Assembly: GCA_902768715.1 (NCBI GenBank)
Contig: CACXMH010000013.1
Location: 410-64,409 of the forward strand
Direction of reading: 5' to 3'
DNA length: 64,000 nucleotides
From: Fibrobacter succinogenes
GTDB taxonomy: Bacteria > Fibrobacterota > Fibrobacteria > Fibrobacterales > Fibrobacteraceae
This document shows positions 8,474 to 18,639 of this stretch, one piece after another (positions within the stretch are counted from its first letter, which is position 1; the number at the start of each line of letters is the position of its first letter). The notes below the pieces were generated by a model. It did not search any database. It was given only the letters and a program-made list of their open reading frames with translations, and had not been told where the DNA came from. The translations under genes were made by a program, and so were the position numbers.

Positions 8474-11286
8474 GCTTTTCTCCCGTCCAGTACCCGTGCA
8501 AGCGTTTTGATCATCAGCTTCACATCTACGGGTTTTGCGATGTGGGCCTGCATGCCTGCGTCTTCGGCGGCCTTTACGTCTTCGGCAAAGGCGTTTGCGG
8601 TCATGGCCACGATGGGGATTTGTGCCAGGGCCTTGTTTTCAAGGAGCCGGATGTTCTTGGTGGCGGTATAGCCGTCCATGACGGGCATCTGGATGTCCAT
8701 GAGAATCAGGTCGTAGTAGCCGGGAGCGGACTTTTCCACCATCTCCACGGCGGTCTTTCCGTTTTCGGCGGTTTCTACGGCAAAGCCTGTCTGCAAAAGG
8801 ATCATCTTTGCGATTTCCAGGTTCACCAGGTTGTCTTCTACCAGAAGCGCGCGCTTGCCTGCAAAGGAAACTTCGCTGGATGCGCCTTCGTCGGATTCTT
8901 CGGGCTTGTCGCCGCCGAACTTGAGCAGGTCTTCTTCGGTGGCGAGCTTGAACTTGACCCGGATAATGATTTCGGTACCGTTCCCGAGGGAGGTGAGCAC
9001 CTCGATGGTACCGCCCATCATATCGACGATGCTCTTGGTGATGGCAAGGCCGAGCCCGGTTCCTTCGGTACGGCTGTTGGTGGAACTCCTTTCACGTTCG
9101 AAGGCGGTGAAAATCTTGCCTACAAAGTCCTTGGACATGCCGATGCCCGTGTCCTGGATTCGGATTTCGTAGAAGCCGTAGCCTTCTTCGCCTGCTCCAA
9201 CTTCCCATAGGGACACGTTGACGCTCCCCCTTTCGGGAGTAAACTTGAAGGCGTTGGAAAGCACGTTCAACAGCACCCGGTTCAGGTTTTTCTTGTCGCA
9301 CCAGACCAGGTTGTTCTTGACCTGCGATAGATGCAGCTTGAAATCGATTTTTTTCTGCTTCATTTGTTCGGCGAACAGGTCCCGGATGCTCTCGAAAATC
9401 TTGCACAGGTCTTCGGGTGAAAATTCCAGCTCTACCTTGCCGCTTTCGATACGGCTCATTTCCAGAATGTCGTTGATGAGGGTCAGCAGGTGCTGGCTTG
9501 ACATGTCAATCTTTTTCAGGTAGCTGTGCAGGTTTTCGGAGGCAGGCTCCTTCATGGCCAGGTTGGTATATCCGATAATGGCGTTCATGGGCGTGCGGAT
9601 ATCGTGGCTCATGTTGAACAGGAACTGGCTCTTGGCAAGGCTCCCTTCTACGGCGCGGATTTTTTCTCGTTCCACCAGTTCGTTCTTTTTGCGGACCTGG
9701 TTTTGCACATACAGCATAACGATTAGACCGATAAAGACAATGGCAAGGAGCACTATGCCGGTAAATACCAGCGTGTCACGGGAAGCATCGTCGGTTGCCC
9801 TTGCATACAGGAACTTTGCCACCCACATGATGGCGGAATACAGGAGCAGGGCAAACAGCACCACGCCCGAGATGGACATGCCGCTGTATTCGGCGAGGGA
9901 ACTCCGGCGAATGGTGCTCCAGTAAAAGACAAAGCCCAGCAGGCACCACAGCGACAGGAGCAAGAAGGCTGCAGAACTCATGGCTTCCATGGCGGCAAGC
10001 CTGGGCACAAGCTGCACCACCACGAGGATAATGGATATGATAGTGCCGATACCGCCGGCCACACGAACTTTGGAGTTGTTTTCGGTCTTTGCGATTTTCC
10101 AGGCCGCAGCCGATACATAGCCGAACCCTACAATGGCGCCGAAGGATGTCAGATCTACAAACCAGTTCAGCGTGTTTCGGCCCAAAAGCGCAAGCACAAT
10201 GGAAATGACCATGATGAACAGGATGCTGTTGGTGGTCTTCGAGAATCCGTCAGAAAGGATACGGTCTTCGGCCATGGTAGAAAGGATGCGCACGATGGCG
10301 CGGTAACCGCCTATAAGCCCGGTCAAGATGGCGGCAACGGCAGTGATTCCCAGGACCACAAGGCCAAAGGGTCCCATAATCTCTTTTACCCCGTAGAAAA
10401 CGGGCACGGAAACGACCCCTTGTAGCGTGCCGATTTTGGAGACATAGTCACTCCAGGAGCTGAATCCTTCTGGAACAACGGCCACTCCTACCAGTGCAAT
10501 CGATATGTACGAAATGGCGGCCAGGATAATGGCGATGGCGATAATCCACTTGGACTTTGAGGGCGCAAACTTGAAGCGGTAGGTCTCGAAGCAGGCTACG
10601 TCAAAGCCCACAAAGGCCCACGGGGCAAGAATTACCAGGCTGAAAATGCCGTAAAACGGGTTCAGCCCGGCCGTACCGAAAATGGGGCCGCTCGTGAGGG
10701 CGCCTGTAGCGATGGCCTTGGGCAGGCAGATAATCCCGATAATGACAATTCCTATGAACAGGATCAGTGCGAAGAGGGTTTGCAACTTGTGCAAGATTCC
10801 CTTCAGGAGCAAGAATAGGGTTCCGACCACGGCGAGGCTCGCCACAGATACCATGGCCTCGGTAAGGAAAACCTGGTGCCCCGCTACCGTATAGCTGTAG
10901 CCGACTTGCAGGGTGTCGCCCAACAGGAGTCTCGCCACGATAAAAAGCGCGGTCGCGTTCAGGAAAACGACGGTCAGGTAAGAAAGGCACAGGAACCAGG
11001 AACAGAGAAAGGCGTGGTCACGGCCGAAGGCTTCCTTGGCGTAGGCGTACACACCGCCGGGCTGGCCGTTTCGACCCATCAGGTAAGAAAAATTGTAGCC
11101 TATCACCAGCATGATAGCCATACCCACCAGCATGGCGATGAGGGTTCCCAACGGGCCTGCCACCGGAAGGAACGTGGTCCCCGGCATCACGAATATTCCC
11201 CATCCGACCATGACACCGAAAGCCATGCCCCAGACGTCTAGGCGCGAAATGTATTTTGAAATTGCTGAATCCTTGTCTTGCAGCAT
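8470..11286 (-). CDS. Amino-acid/polyamine (APC-family) permease-like domain fused to a hybrid histidine kinase with receiver
   Basis: The N-terminal ~470 aa look like a 12-TM APC permease (GMAFGVMVGWGIFVMPG...GGVYAYAKEAFG). Extra TM helices follow, then H-box [14 protein letters not shown], an HATPase domain (DTGIGM, GTGLGLAI) and receiver LLVEDNLVN...[12 protein letters not shown]...IAKP. Confidence 0.8.
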   Translation of the reverse strand: MLQDKDSAISKYISRLDVWGMAFGVMVGWGIFVMPGTTFLPVAGPLGTLIAMLVGMAIMLVIGYNFSYLMGRNGQPGGVYAYAKEAFGRDHAFLCSWFLCLSYLTVVFLNATALFIVARLLLGDTLQVGYSYTVAGHQVFLTEAMVSVASLAVVGTLFLLLKGILHKLQTLFALILFIGIVIIGIICLPKAIATGALTSGPIFGTAGLNPFYGIFSLVILAPWAFVGFDVACFETYRFKFAPSKSKWIIAIAIILAAISYISIALVGVAVVPEGFSSWSDYVSKIGTLQGVVSVPVFYGVKEIMGPFGLVVLGITAVAAILTGLIGGYRAIVRILSTMAEDRILSDGFSKTTNSILFIMVISIVLALLGRNTLNWFVDLTSFGAIVGFGYVSAAAWKIAKTENNSKVRVAGGIGTIISIILVVVQLVPRLAAMEAMSSAAFLLLSLWCLLGFVFYWSTIRRSSLAEYSGMSISGVVLFALLLYSAIMWVAKFLYARATDDASRDTLVFTGIVLLAIVFIGLIVMLYVQNQVRKKNELVEREKIRAVEGSLAKSQFLFNMSHDIRTPMNAIIGYTNLAMKEPASENLHSYLKKIDMSSQHLLTLINDILEMSRIESGKVELEFSPEDLCKIFESIRDLFAEQMKQKKIDFKLHLSQVKNNLVWCDKKNLNRVLLNVLSNAFKFTPERGSVNVSLWEVGAGEEGYGFYEIRIQDTGIGMSKDFVGKIFTAFERERSSTNSRTEGTGLGLAITKSIVDMMGGTIEVLTSLGNGTEIIIRVKFKLATEEDLLKFGGDKPEESDEGASSEVSFAGKRALLVEDNLVNLEIAKMILLQTGFAVETAENGKTAVEMVEKSAPGYYDLILMDIQMPVMDGYTATKNIRLLENKALAQIPIVAMTANAFAEDVKAAEDAGMQAHIAKPVDVKLMIKTLARVLDGRKA

Positions 11287-11288
11287 AC

Positions 11289-13754
11289 CTATTTCCTATT
11301 CTCCGCTGACCAGATGAGCTCTTCGAGAGTCTGGTACAGGTGTTCCGGTTCCACCGGTTTCGAAAGGTGCGCGTTCATGCCTACCTGCAGGGAACGCTGC
11401 ACGTCTTCGTCGAAGGCGTTTGCGGTCATGGCCACGATGGGCACCGTCCGGGCATCGCTCCGGTCCAGGGCGCGTATGGCCCGGGTCGCTTCCAGACCGT
11501 CCATTTCGGGCATGCGGATGTCCATCAAGATGGCATCGTAGTAATTTTCGTTGCTCTTGGCGAACATGTCCAGTGCAATCTGGCCGTTTCCGGCGTGATC
11601 GACAATGGCGTCTTTTACCGTCAACAGTTCCTTCATGATTTCGGCATTGATGAGGATGTCTTCGGCCAGCAGGATATGCCGCCCGGCGAGGCTTGCACGG
11701 CATTTTTTCTTGAAAAGGTTCATGTTGTTTCGACGGGCGATACGTTCGAACTCGTCGATGACGTTGCTTGCAAAGAGCGGTTTCGCAAGGAAACTGTCCA
11801 CCCCGATATGCAGCGCCTCGTCCATGATTTCGTCCCAGTTGTAGGCGGTAAGGATAATCACCGTAGTCTCGTTGTCGTAACGTTCACGGATCTTTGTCGC
11901 CACTTCCAGACCGTCCATGTTGGGCATTTTCCAGTCCAGGAGCACCAGGTTGTAGGGTTCGTGCTTGGCGTGCTTTACCTCCAGCATCTGCAGGGCTTCT
12001 TCGCCGCTGGTGCTGGTGTCCGCCTTGATGCCCGCCTCATCCAGCACGAACCGCGCGTGTTCGCAGGCGATGGGGTCGTCATCGACGACCAGCACGCTGA
12101 TGTCGCGCAGGTTCACGTGGCCTATCGACACTACCTCGTGGTCGCAGTTCTTGAGGGTCACCACCACCGTGAATACGGAACCTTCGCCTTTCTTTGACCT
12201 TACCGAGATAGAACCGTTCATCATTTCCACGATGTTCTTGGTAATCGCCATGCCAAGCCCTGTGGAGCCGAACTTGTTCTTGCGGCTGGAATCTTCCTGG
12301 GTAAAGGAATCGAACACCTTCGGGATAAAGGATTCGTCCATGCCGATACCCGTGTCTTTCACCTCGAATTTCAGGGTGCTCTGGTCTTCGAACTGGGCCA
12401 CCTTGGAAATGGTAAGGGTGATGCTCCCGGGGGCTTCGGTAAACTTGATGGCGTTGCTCAAGATGTTGATGAACACCTGCTTGAGCTTCATGTCGTCGCC
12501 GATAAAGTAGTCGTCAACATGGCCCTCGATATGGCATTCGAATTTGAGGCCCTTGTCCGAGCACTGGGACATGACCATGGTGTTGATCTGCTCTAGCATT
12601 CCGGCAAAGGAGAACTCCTCCTTGCGCATCACCAGCCTGCCGGATTCGATTCGGCTCATGTCCAGAATGTCGTTGATGAGCCCCAGCAGGTGCCGTGCAC
12701 TCCCGCCAATCTTTTCCAGGTATTCCCGGGTCCGCTCCGAAATGGCCGGGTCTCTCAGGGCGAGGCTGTTGAGGCCGATGATGGCGTTCATGGGCGTGCG
12801 GATTTCGTGGCTCATGTTCGAAAGGAAGGCGGTCTTTGCCTTGCTGGCCTCTTCCGCCGCATCCAGCGCTTCGCCCAGGGCCTGGTTCTTGGCCATGGAA
12901 TCCCGCATTTCGGCATCGATGATGGTAAGCCCCATGCCTACCGCATGCACCATGTGGTCCTTGCGGTCTTCGGGGTGATGCACCCCTGCCATGCGGATCA
13001 TTTCGTAGTATTCCTTGCCGTCCCGGCGGGCCAGGTAGCGGTAGGCGATCAGTTGTTCGTTCTGGAGCGCCTCGCGGATGTTCGCGGGCTCGATGAACTT
13101 CAAGAATCCTTCGCGGTATTTTTCCGTAACGCAGTTGTTGCCGTAGTCCCGGAACCGTTCCAGGTAAGGGAAATGCACTCCTTCGGCGTGCTGGTGGTGG
13201 TCTTCGGGGTCGCCGCGGTAACAGACGGCGTCGTCCTTGTCGAGGTCCACGTGATAGACGCTTCGGTAGTCCGAGGCCATGGCGGTAATCATGCTGTCCA
13301 GCTGCGCCCGCTGTTTTTGGCCTTCCAACAGCTTCTGTTCAATCTGTTCGTGCTTTTCGGTAATGTCCGAAATAAACACGTAGTAGAGCCCGCCGTAGTT
13401 TTCGCTGTCGGCGTAGTGTCCGTAATCATCTACCCAACGGAGCTTTCCGTCTTTGCGCTTGATGCGGTACTCGACATAGTCCAGTTTTTCGCTTGATTTT
13501 ACGATTTGCTTGTTGATAGAGGACTGAATTTTTTCGTAATCCTCGGTGTAAACCATGCCCTTGAAGGTGAAACCGGTCAGTGACTTGAATTCGTCCAGGT
13601 CACGGCACCCGAAAATATCGAACACCGTGTGGTTTGCGTAGAGCAGTTCTCCATCACCTTGTGCCTTGTAGATGAAGAATCCACCGGGCATGTAGCGCCC
13701 GATGTCTTCTACGATGGACATGTTCTTGTCGTTCAGCTTGAAATGGTTGAACAT
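11289..13754 (-). CDS. Cytoplasmic PAS-domain hybrid histidine kinase with two receiver domains
   Basis: No TM segments. The N-terminus is PAS-like. H-box [14 protein letters not shown] and an HATPase domain are present. REC1 is VLVVDDDP...[12 protein letters not shown] and REC2 is [10 protein letters not shown]...[12 protein letters not shown]. Confidence 0.9.
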   Translation of the reverse strand: MFNHFKLNDKNMSIVEDIGRYMPGGFFIYKAQGDGELLYANHTVFDIFGCRDLDEFKSLTGFTFKGMVYTEDYEKIQSSINKQIVKSSEKLDYVEYRIKRKDGKLRWVDDYGHYADSENYGGLYYVFISDITEKHEQIEQKLLEGQKQRAQLDSMITAMASDYRSVYHVDLDKDDAVCYRGDPEDHHQHAEGVHFPYLERFRDYGNNCVTEKYREGFLKFIEPANIREALQNEQLIAYRYLARRDGKEYYEMIRMAGVHHPEDRKDHMVHAVGMGLTIIDAEMRDSMAKNQALGEALDAAEEASKAKTAFLSNMSHEIRTPMNAIIGLNSLALRDPAISERTREYLEKIGGSARHLLGLINDILDMSRIESGRLVMRKEEFSFAGMLEQINTMVMSQCSDKGLKFECHIEGHVDDYFIGDDMKLKQVFINILSNAIKFTEAPGSITLTISKVAQFEDQSTLKFEVKDTGIGMDESFIPKVFDSFTQEDSSRKNKFGSTGLGMAITKNIVEMMNGSISVRSKKGEGSVFTVVVTLKNCDHEVVSIGHVNLRDISVLVVDDDPIACEHARFVLDEAGIKADTSTSGEEALQMLEVKHAKHEPYNLVLLDWKMPNMDGLEVATKIRERYDNETTVIILTAYNWDEIMDEALHIGVDSFLAKPLFASNVIDEFERIARRNNMNLFKKKCRASLAGRHILLAEDILINAEIMKELLTVKDAIVDHAGNGQIALDMFAKSNENYYDAILMDIRMPEMDGLEATRAIRALDRSDARTVPIVAMTANAFDEDVQRSLQVGMNAHLSKPVEPEHLYQTLEELIWSAENRK

Positions 13755-13777
13755 GGTTGCACCTTTCGGTTAAGTGT

Positions 13778-14119
13778 TTATGCGCACAGTTCCGACAGTT
13801 TGTCCCTGAGGTTAAGCAGTTCCGACACCATGCCGCTGTAATCCATTGCGGTACGGTTACGCAGGGGTTCAGTAATCTTTACCGCCATGTCGAACATGGG
13901 CGTGAGGGCTAGGTTCCCAAGGACCCCTTTCAGGGCATGGACCGCGTCGAAGGCCTCGTCCAGGTTGTTGCTCTCGATAGACGTCTTGAGCTTGTCAAAG
14001 TTCTTTTCGGCGGGGATTGTGGCTACCAGCCGTAAGTACAGCGCCTCGTTTCCCATGCAGCGGCCAAGACCTTCTTCGGTATTGGCGCCGAAGGCTTTTA
14101 GTTTTTCGATAGTAATCAT
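13778..14119 (-). CDS. Histidine phosphotransfer (Hpt) protein
   Basis: 113-aa helical protein with the canonical Hpt motif AVHALKGVLGNLAL. Confidence 0.85.
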   Translation of the reverse strand: MITIEKLKAFGANTEEGLGRCMGNEALYLRLVATIPAEKNFDKLKTSIESNNLDEAFDAVHALKGVLGNLALTPMFDMAVKITEPLRNRTAMDYSGMVSELLNLRDKLSELCA

Positions 14120-15819
14120 GGGGCGTTTCTCCTATATTCAAGTTCTTTCTCTATAAACTTTTTGAATTCCTCGGGCGGGACCGGCTTCGAGAAGTAATAT
14201 CCCTGAATGATACCGCAACCCATTTGCTTCAGGGTTTTCAGCTGGGAGTCGGTCTCTACGCCTTCGGCCACCGTGGGCACGTTCAGGAACTTGGCGATGT
14301 CGATGACCAGTTCCACCAGCTTCATGTTCCGTTCGTCTTTTTCCATGTTGCGGATGAACGACATGTCGATTTTCAAAATATCGATGGGGAGGCTCGTAAT
14401 CATGTTGAGGGAGGAGTACCCGGAACCGAAATCGTCCATCTCGATACGGAATCCTTTCTTGCGCAGGTTCTCTACAACCTCGATGAGCCTTCTTGCATTT
14501 TCGGAGTAGGCGCTTTCGGTAATTTCCAGCATGTATTCGCTGGGAGAAAGGCCGTTTCCCTTGAGGATGTTGTCCAGCTTGGATTCGAGACTCGGGTCCA
14601 GAATGTCGATGCGGGAAACGTTCACCGAGACGGGGACGGTGATTCCGAACTGTTCCTTCCACTTGCGGATCTGGGCGGCGGCTTCGCTCCACACGAAGTT
14701 ATCCACCTTCTGGATAAGCCCGTTGGATTCGAAAAGTGGGACAAAGTCACTCGGGCTCACGAACCCGAGTTTCGGGTGGTTCCAGCGGATAAGCGCTTCG
14801 GCGCTGGTAAGTCTCGGCGTGTCGCCCTCTATGTTGTACTTGGGCTGGAAATAGACCACCAGGTCCTTGTTGGCGATGGCTTCGGGCAGGTCGCGGATGA
14901 GGGTTTCTTCAAAAACATGCCTTGCGTGAATTTCATTGTCGTAGCGGGCGAGGGTATGGGTGTAGTCGCCCCGAATCTGGTCGCAGGCGATTTTTGCCCG
15001 GTCAAACCAGGCCTCTACTTCTACGTCTTTGGACACGTTTTCCCAAAGGCCGCAACGCACGCGGATGTTGTTCATCTTGAAATCGTTCAGCACGTTCAAG
15101 ATGGCCACGTGCAGGTCTTCGTAGTCGTCCTGATGGGCGGCATAGACATAGAAGGTATCTGCGTTTGCTCGGCAGGCCATGGCGTTCATGGCCGGCAGCT
15201 CCCTTTCCAGGGTTTCCGCTATTTTCGAAAGTAGCAGGTCGCCAAAGGGCCTTCCGCAGAACTCGTTCACCAGGTGGAATCGCTCGATGTCAATGACCAG
15301 CACGTCGCGGCTGGTGTCTGCATCCCAGCGCTCGATCTGGCGGATGTATTCAAAGAAATAGTCGTGGGTGTAGAGCCCCGTGACGGAGTCCCTTTCGGTC
15401 TGCTTGATGAGGCTCTGGCCTTCGAACAGCTCGATAATGCGTTCGCAGCGGGCAAGCACCACCTCGGGCATGTCAAAGGGTTTCTTGATAAAGTCTTCTG
15501 CACCCAGTTTCAGGCTCCTGACTTCGGATTCTTTTTCCGAGGTCATCACGATGACGGGAATCCGCTTAAGGGATTCGTCTTCGCTCCGCTTCTGCAAGAA
15601 CTGGAAACCGTCCATGACAGGCATGAGCAGGTCCAGCAGCACCAGGGAATAGCTGGAATCCTGCCTTGCAAGTTTTTCCAGGGCGTCTTTCGCGTTGTCG
15701 GCATAGCTGACCGTATATTCCTGCGAAAGGATATTCCCGAGTATCTCGCGGTTGATCAGTTCGTCATCTACGATGAGGACGTTCCTCTTGATGGTCCTGT
15801 TCTGTCGAAACTTTTTCAT
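14116..15819 (-). CDS. Response regulator: REC, degenerate GGDEF, and EAL (predicted c-di-GMP phosphodiesterase)
   Basis: REC: LIVDDE, LLDLLMPVMDG, IKKP. In the GGDEF domain the GG(D/E)EF site reads NADTF. The EAL motifs are intact (EALIRW, EITES, DDFGSGYSSL, KIDMSF, AEGVET, QGYYFSKP). Confidence 0.9.
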   Translation of the reverse strand: MKKFRQNRTIKRNVLIVDDELINREILGNILSQEYTVSYADNAKDALEKLARQDSSYSLVLLDLLMPVMDGFQFLQKRSEDESLKRIPVIVMTSEKESEVRSLKLGAEDFIKKPFDMPEVVLARCERIIELFEGQSLIKQTERDSVTGLYTHDYFFEYIRQIERWDADTSRDVLVIDIERFHLVNEFCGRPFGDLLLSKIAETLERELPAMNAMACRANADTFYVYAAHQDDYEDLHVAILNVLNDFKMNNIRVRCGLWENVSKDVEVEAWFDRAKIACDQIRGDYTHTLARYDNEIHARHVFEETLIRDLPEAIANKDLVVYFQPKYNIEGDTPRLTSAEALIRWNHPKLGFVSPSDFVPLFESNGLIQKVDNFVWSEAAAQIRKWKEQFGITVPVSVNVSRIDILDPSLESKLDNILKGNGLSPSEYMLEITESAYSENARRLIEVVENLRKKGFRIEMDDFGSGYSSLNMITSLPIDILKIDMSFIRNMEKDERNMKLVELVIDIAKFLNVPTVAEGVETDSQLKTLKQMGCGIIQGYYFSKPVPPEEFKKFIEKELEYRRNAP

Positions 15820-15831
15820 CGGGAATCTCCG

Positions 15832-18441
15832 TTATGGAATCATCGTTTCCAGGGTTTCAAAGAGGGTTTCGGGCTGCACGGGCTTTGAAAGGTGGGCGTT
15901 GAGGCCCGCCTGCAGGCTCCGCTGCACGTCTTCGTCGAAGGCGTTGGCCGTAAGGGCGATAATCGGGATTTTCTTGGCGTCGGCCCGGTCCATCTTTCGG
16001 ATGGCCATGGTGGCCTGCAAGCCGTCCATTTCCGGCATGCGCATGTCCATGAGAATGGCGTCGTAATAGCCTTCGGGCTGCTTGCTGAACATCTCCACGG
16101 CAATCTTGCCGTTTACGGCGATGTCCGTTTTCATGCCGCGCATTTCCAGAACGTTTTCCATAATCTGGGCGTTGACTTCTACGTCTTCGGCAAGGAGTAT
16201 GTGCCTGCCCTTCAGTTCCGCCTTTTTGCGGGAAGACTGTTCTGCGCTCCGTTTTTTCTTGAGCACGGTCTTGAATTCGTCCAGCAGCGCTCCCGTAAAG
16301 ATTGGCTTTGCGATAAAGCTATCTACGCCGGCCTGGATGGCCTCGTCCAGGATGTCGTCCCAGTTGTAGGCGGTTAGGATAATGATTGCCGACTCGTCGC
16401 CGGTGGTGGCGCGTATCTGCCTTGCGGTCTCTACGCCGTCCATCTCGGGCATCTGCCAGTCCACGATAATCAGGTTGAAAGGCTCCCTGCGGGCGTGGCG
16501 CAGCTTGACCATCTCCACGGCCTCCTTTCCGGAATTGGCCGTTTCGGTGGCGATTCCCGCCAGCTCCAGCACCAGCTTTGCATGCTCCAGGGCCACCGGG
16601 TCGTCATCGACTACAAGCACGCTCAGTTCGTTCAGGTTGATGTCGATGTCTCCGTTGTCCTTCTCGTGCTTTTTCGTAGAATCTTGCAGGGTGACGGTAA
16701 TGGTAAAGGTGGTGCCCTTGCCCTTTTCGCTTTCTACCTCGATGTTGCCGTTCATCAGTTCCACGATACTCTTGGAAATGGCAAGGCCCAGGCCAGAACC
16801 GCCATACTTGCTGGAACTGCTGGTGTTTTCTTGGGTAAAGGTCTCGAACAGCTTGGGCAAGAATTCCTTGCTCATGCCGATACCCGTGTCCTTGATGGTA
16901 AACCGGAGGGTGGACTTGCTGTTGAACGAGGCTGTCTTCTGGACGCTGAAATCGATGCTCCCGCCCTTGTTGGTGAACTTGACGGCGTTTCCGAGGATGT
17001 TGATGAGCACCTGTCGGAGCTTCATGTCGTCGCCTACGAAGTATTCGTCTATGTTTCCGACAAAGTGGCAGTTGTACTGGATTCCCTTTTCTTGACACTG
17101 CACGCTGAACATGGTGTTCACCTGCTCCATAAGCTTGGAGAAGGGGAATTCTTCGTTTTTCAGGGCGAACTTGCCCGATTCGATGCGGGACATGTCCAGG
17201 ATTTCGTTGATGAGGTTCAGCAGGTGTTCGGCGGAGCCTCCGATTTTTTGCAGGTAGTCCTTGACCTTGTCCGAAAGTCCCGGTTCATGGAGGGCGAGGC
17301 TGTCCAGCCCGATGATGGCGTTCATTGGGGTGCGAATCTCGTGGCTCATGTTGGAGAGGAATATGGTCTTTGCCCTGTTGGATTCTTCTGCCACCTTCAG
17401 GGCCTCGGACAGGGCCTCCCGCTTGATACGGTCCTCGGCTTCCTGGATTTCGTGCTGGAGCGAAACCCTTGTGGTGCGCCGGACATGCAAGATGATAAAG
17501 ACGAACATGGCGACGAGCACAAAGGCCGTTACCGCCGAAAGGAACTGGCTCCGGACGATGATTCCCGAAGAGATGCTGCCAATCTGGTTGCTGATGACAC
17601 TTTCCCGGATGAGGTAGGTGAGCATCCAGTCCGTGTTGTGGATGGGCACGTAGTACAGGGTCTCGCGAATGTTGTTGTAGGTGAACGAGACTTCGCCTTC
17701 GATGTGTCCGTTGAAATCGTCCTTTACCTTTTCAAAGGAATAGCCCATGTCGTAATCGGCGTGACTGAGGGCATTCAGCAGGTTGTCTTCGCTGGCAAGG
17801 CCTCCCAGCACCATGTTGGTGAGGGCTTTCCCGTCTTTGGTGTAGATGTTACAGAAGGTGGAGTTGTTGTTGCCTCCCTGCAAGGAGAGCCCTTCTAGCA
17901 GGTTCGGGATACTCAATTCCATGAAGCACACCACCAGGACCCGGTCTTCTAGGGGTAGCCGGTCAACGGGGATGGCGATGATGATGGTCTTGTTTTCGGC
18001 GCTTACGTTCTTGATGGAAATTTCGGGTTTCTGGAGGTTGTTGTAGTCGATGTTGTACAGTTGGATGTCGGTGCGGGTTCCACGGGAGGTGTAGATAAGT
18101 CCCGTAGTGTCCACGAAGGCAAACTTTTCGAGCCCGTAGAGCTGTTTCATACGGGCCTGGTAGGCCTGGAGTTTTTCGATGCTCTTGAGGTCGTCTTTTT
18201 CGATAAGGCCTATGGCGATGTCCATGTCGCTGATAAAGTCCGCAAGCCTTGCGGAAACCACCTGCTCGCGACGTTCGGCCAGTTCGTTCAGGTAAAGGAG
18301 GCTCACGCTCCTGACAGCCTTTTCGGTGTCTGCGCCGGCGCTTTTGCCGTTCCAGAAAGAGCCTACAATCAGAATGGCCGCTACAACGATTGCCGCCGTG
18401 ATGGCGGCCCGCATAATGCTGGCCTGTTTTTTTGATTCCAT
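15832..18441 (-). CDS. Hybrid histidine kinase with a periplasmic Cache-like sensor domain and two receiver domains
   Basis: Two TM helices bracket a ~270-aa extracytoplasmic domain. H-box [14 protein letters not shown] and an HATPase domain are present. REC1 is VLVVDDDP...IIVDWQMPEMDG and REC2 is ILLAEDVEVN...ILMDMRMPEMDG. Confidence 0.9.
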   Translation of the reverse strand: MESKKQASIMRAAITAAIVVAAILIVGSFWNGKSAGADTEKAVRSVSLLYLNELAERREQVVSARLADFISDMDIAIGLIEKDDLKSIEKLQAYQARMKQLYGLEKFAFVDTTGLIYTSRGTRTDIQLYNIDYNNLQKPEISIKNVSAENKTIIIAIPVDRLPLEDRVLVVCFMELSIPNLLEGLSLQGGNNNSTFCNIYTKDGKALTNMVLGGLASEDNLLNALSHADYDMGYSFEKVKDDFNGHIEGEVSFTYNNIRETLYYVPIHNTDWMLTYLIRESVISNQIGSISSGIIVRSQFLSAVTAFVLVAMFVFIILHVRRTTRVSLQHEIQEAEDRIKREALSEALKVAEESNRAKTIFLSNMSHEIRTPMNAIIGLDSLALHEPGLSDKVKDYLQKIGGSAEHLLNLINEILDMSRIESGKFALKNEEFPFSKLMEQVNTMFSVQCQEKGIQYNCHFVGNIDEYFVGDDMKLRQVLINILGNAVKFTNKGGSIDFSVQKTASFNSKSTLRFTIKDTGIGMSKEFLPKLFETFTQENTSSSSKYGGSGLGLAISKSIVELMNGNIEVESEKGKGTTFTITVTLQDSTKKHEKDNGDIDINLNELSVLVVDDDPVALEHAKLVLELAGIATETANSGKEAVEMVKLRHARREPFNLIIVDWQMPEMDGVETARQIRATTGDESAIIILTAYNWDDILDEAIQAGVDSFIAKPIFTGALLDEFKTVLKKKRSAEQSSRKKAELKGRHILLAEDVEVNAQIMENVLEMRGMKTDIAVNGKIAVEMFSKQPEGYYDAILMDMRMPEMDGLQATMAIRKMDRADAKKIPIIALTANAFDEDVQRSLQAGLNAHLSKPVQPETLFETLETMIP

Positions 18442-18477
18442 ATGGATACCCCCGATAGAGATTTCCTATGGAAATTA

Positions 18478-18511
18478 TAATAAAAGGAAATGCCCGCTCG
18501 GTGGCGGGCAT
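18478..18511 (-). terminator. Hairpin ATGCCCGC...GCGGGCAT followed by a T-rich tract on the minus strand, downstream of ilvD
   Basis: The minus strand reads ATGCCCGCcaccgaGCGGGCATttcctttt. The same hairpin type occurs at 39324-39343. Confidence 0.5.
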
Positions 18512-18560
18512 GACAATCCTATGTGTGACATTGCCGTTTTTACCCGACGTTGTCCAGCGT

Positions 18561-18639
18561 TGTCATCCCCGCGCAGGCGGGCGGACAGCACTTAGCACTT
18601 TAGTGCTTAGTGCGCATGGCCACCAAGGTGGGGATCTCC
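18561..18639. repeat. Composite repeat: GTCATCCCC...GGGGATCTCC module with an internal near-perfect hairpin
   Basis: TGTCATCCCCGCGCAGGCGGGCGG ... GCACTTAGCACT tt AGTGCTTAGTGC (18587-18612) ... GGGGATCTCC. It ends directly against the ilvD stop codon. Confidence 0.75.

Noticed and set aside
14116-15819. Calling the REC-GGDEF-EAL protein a bifunctional cyclase/phosphodiesterase.
   Set aside because: The GG(D/E)EF active-site motif reads NADTF, so cyclase activity is unlikely. It is annotated as a phosphodiesterase only.
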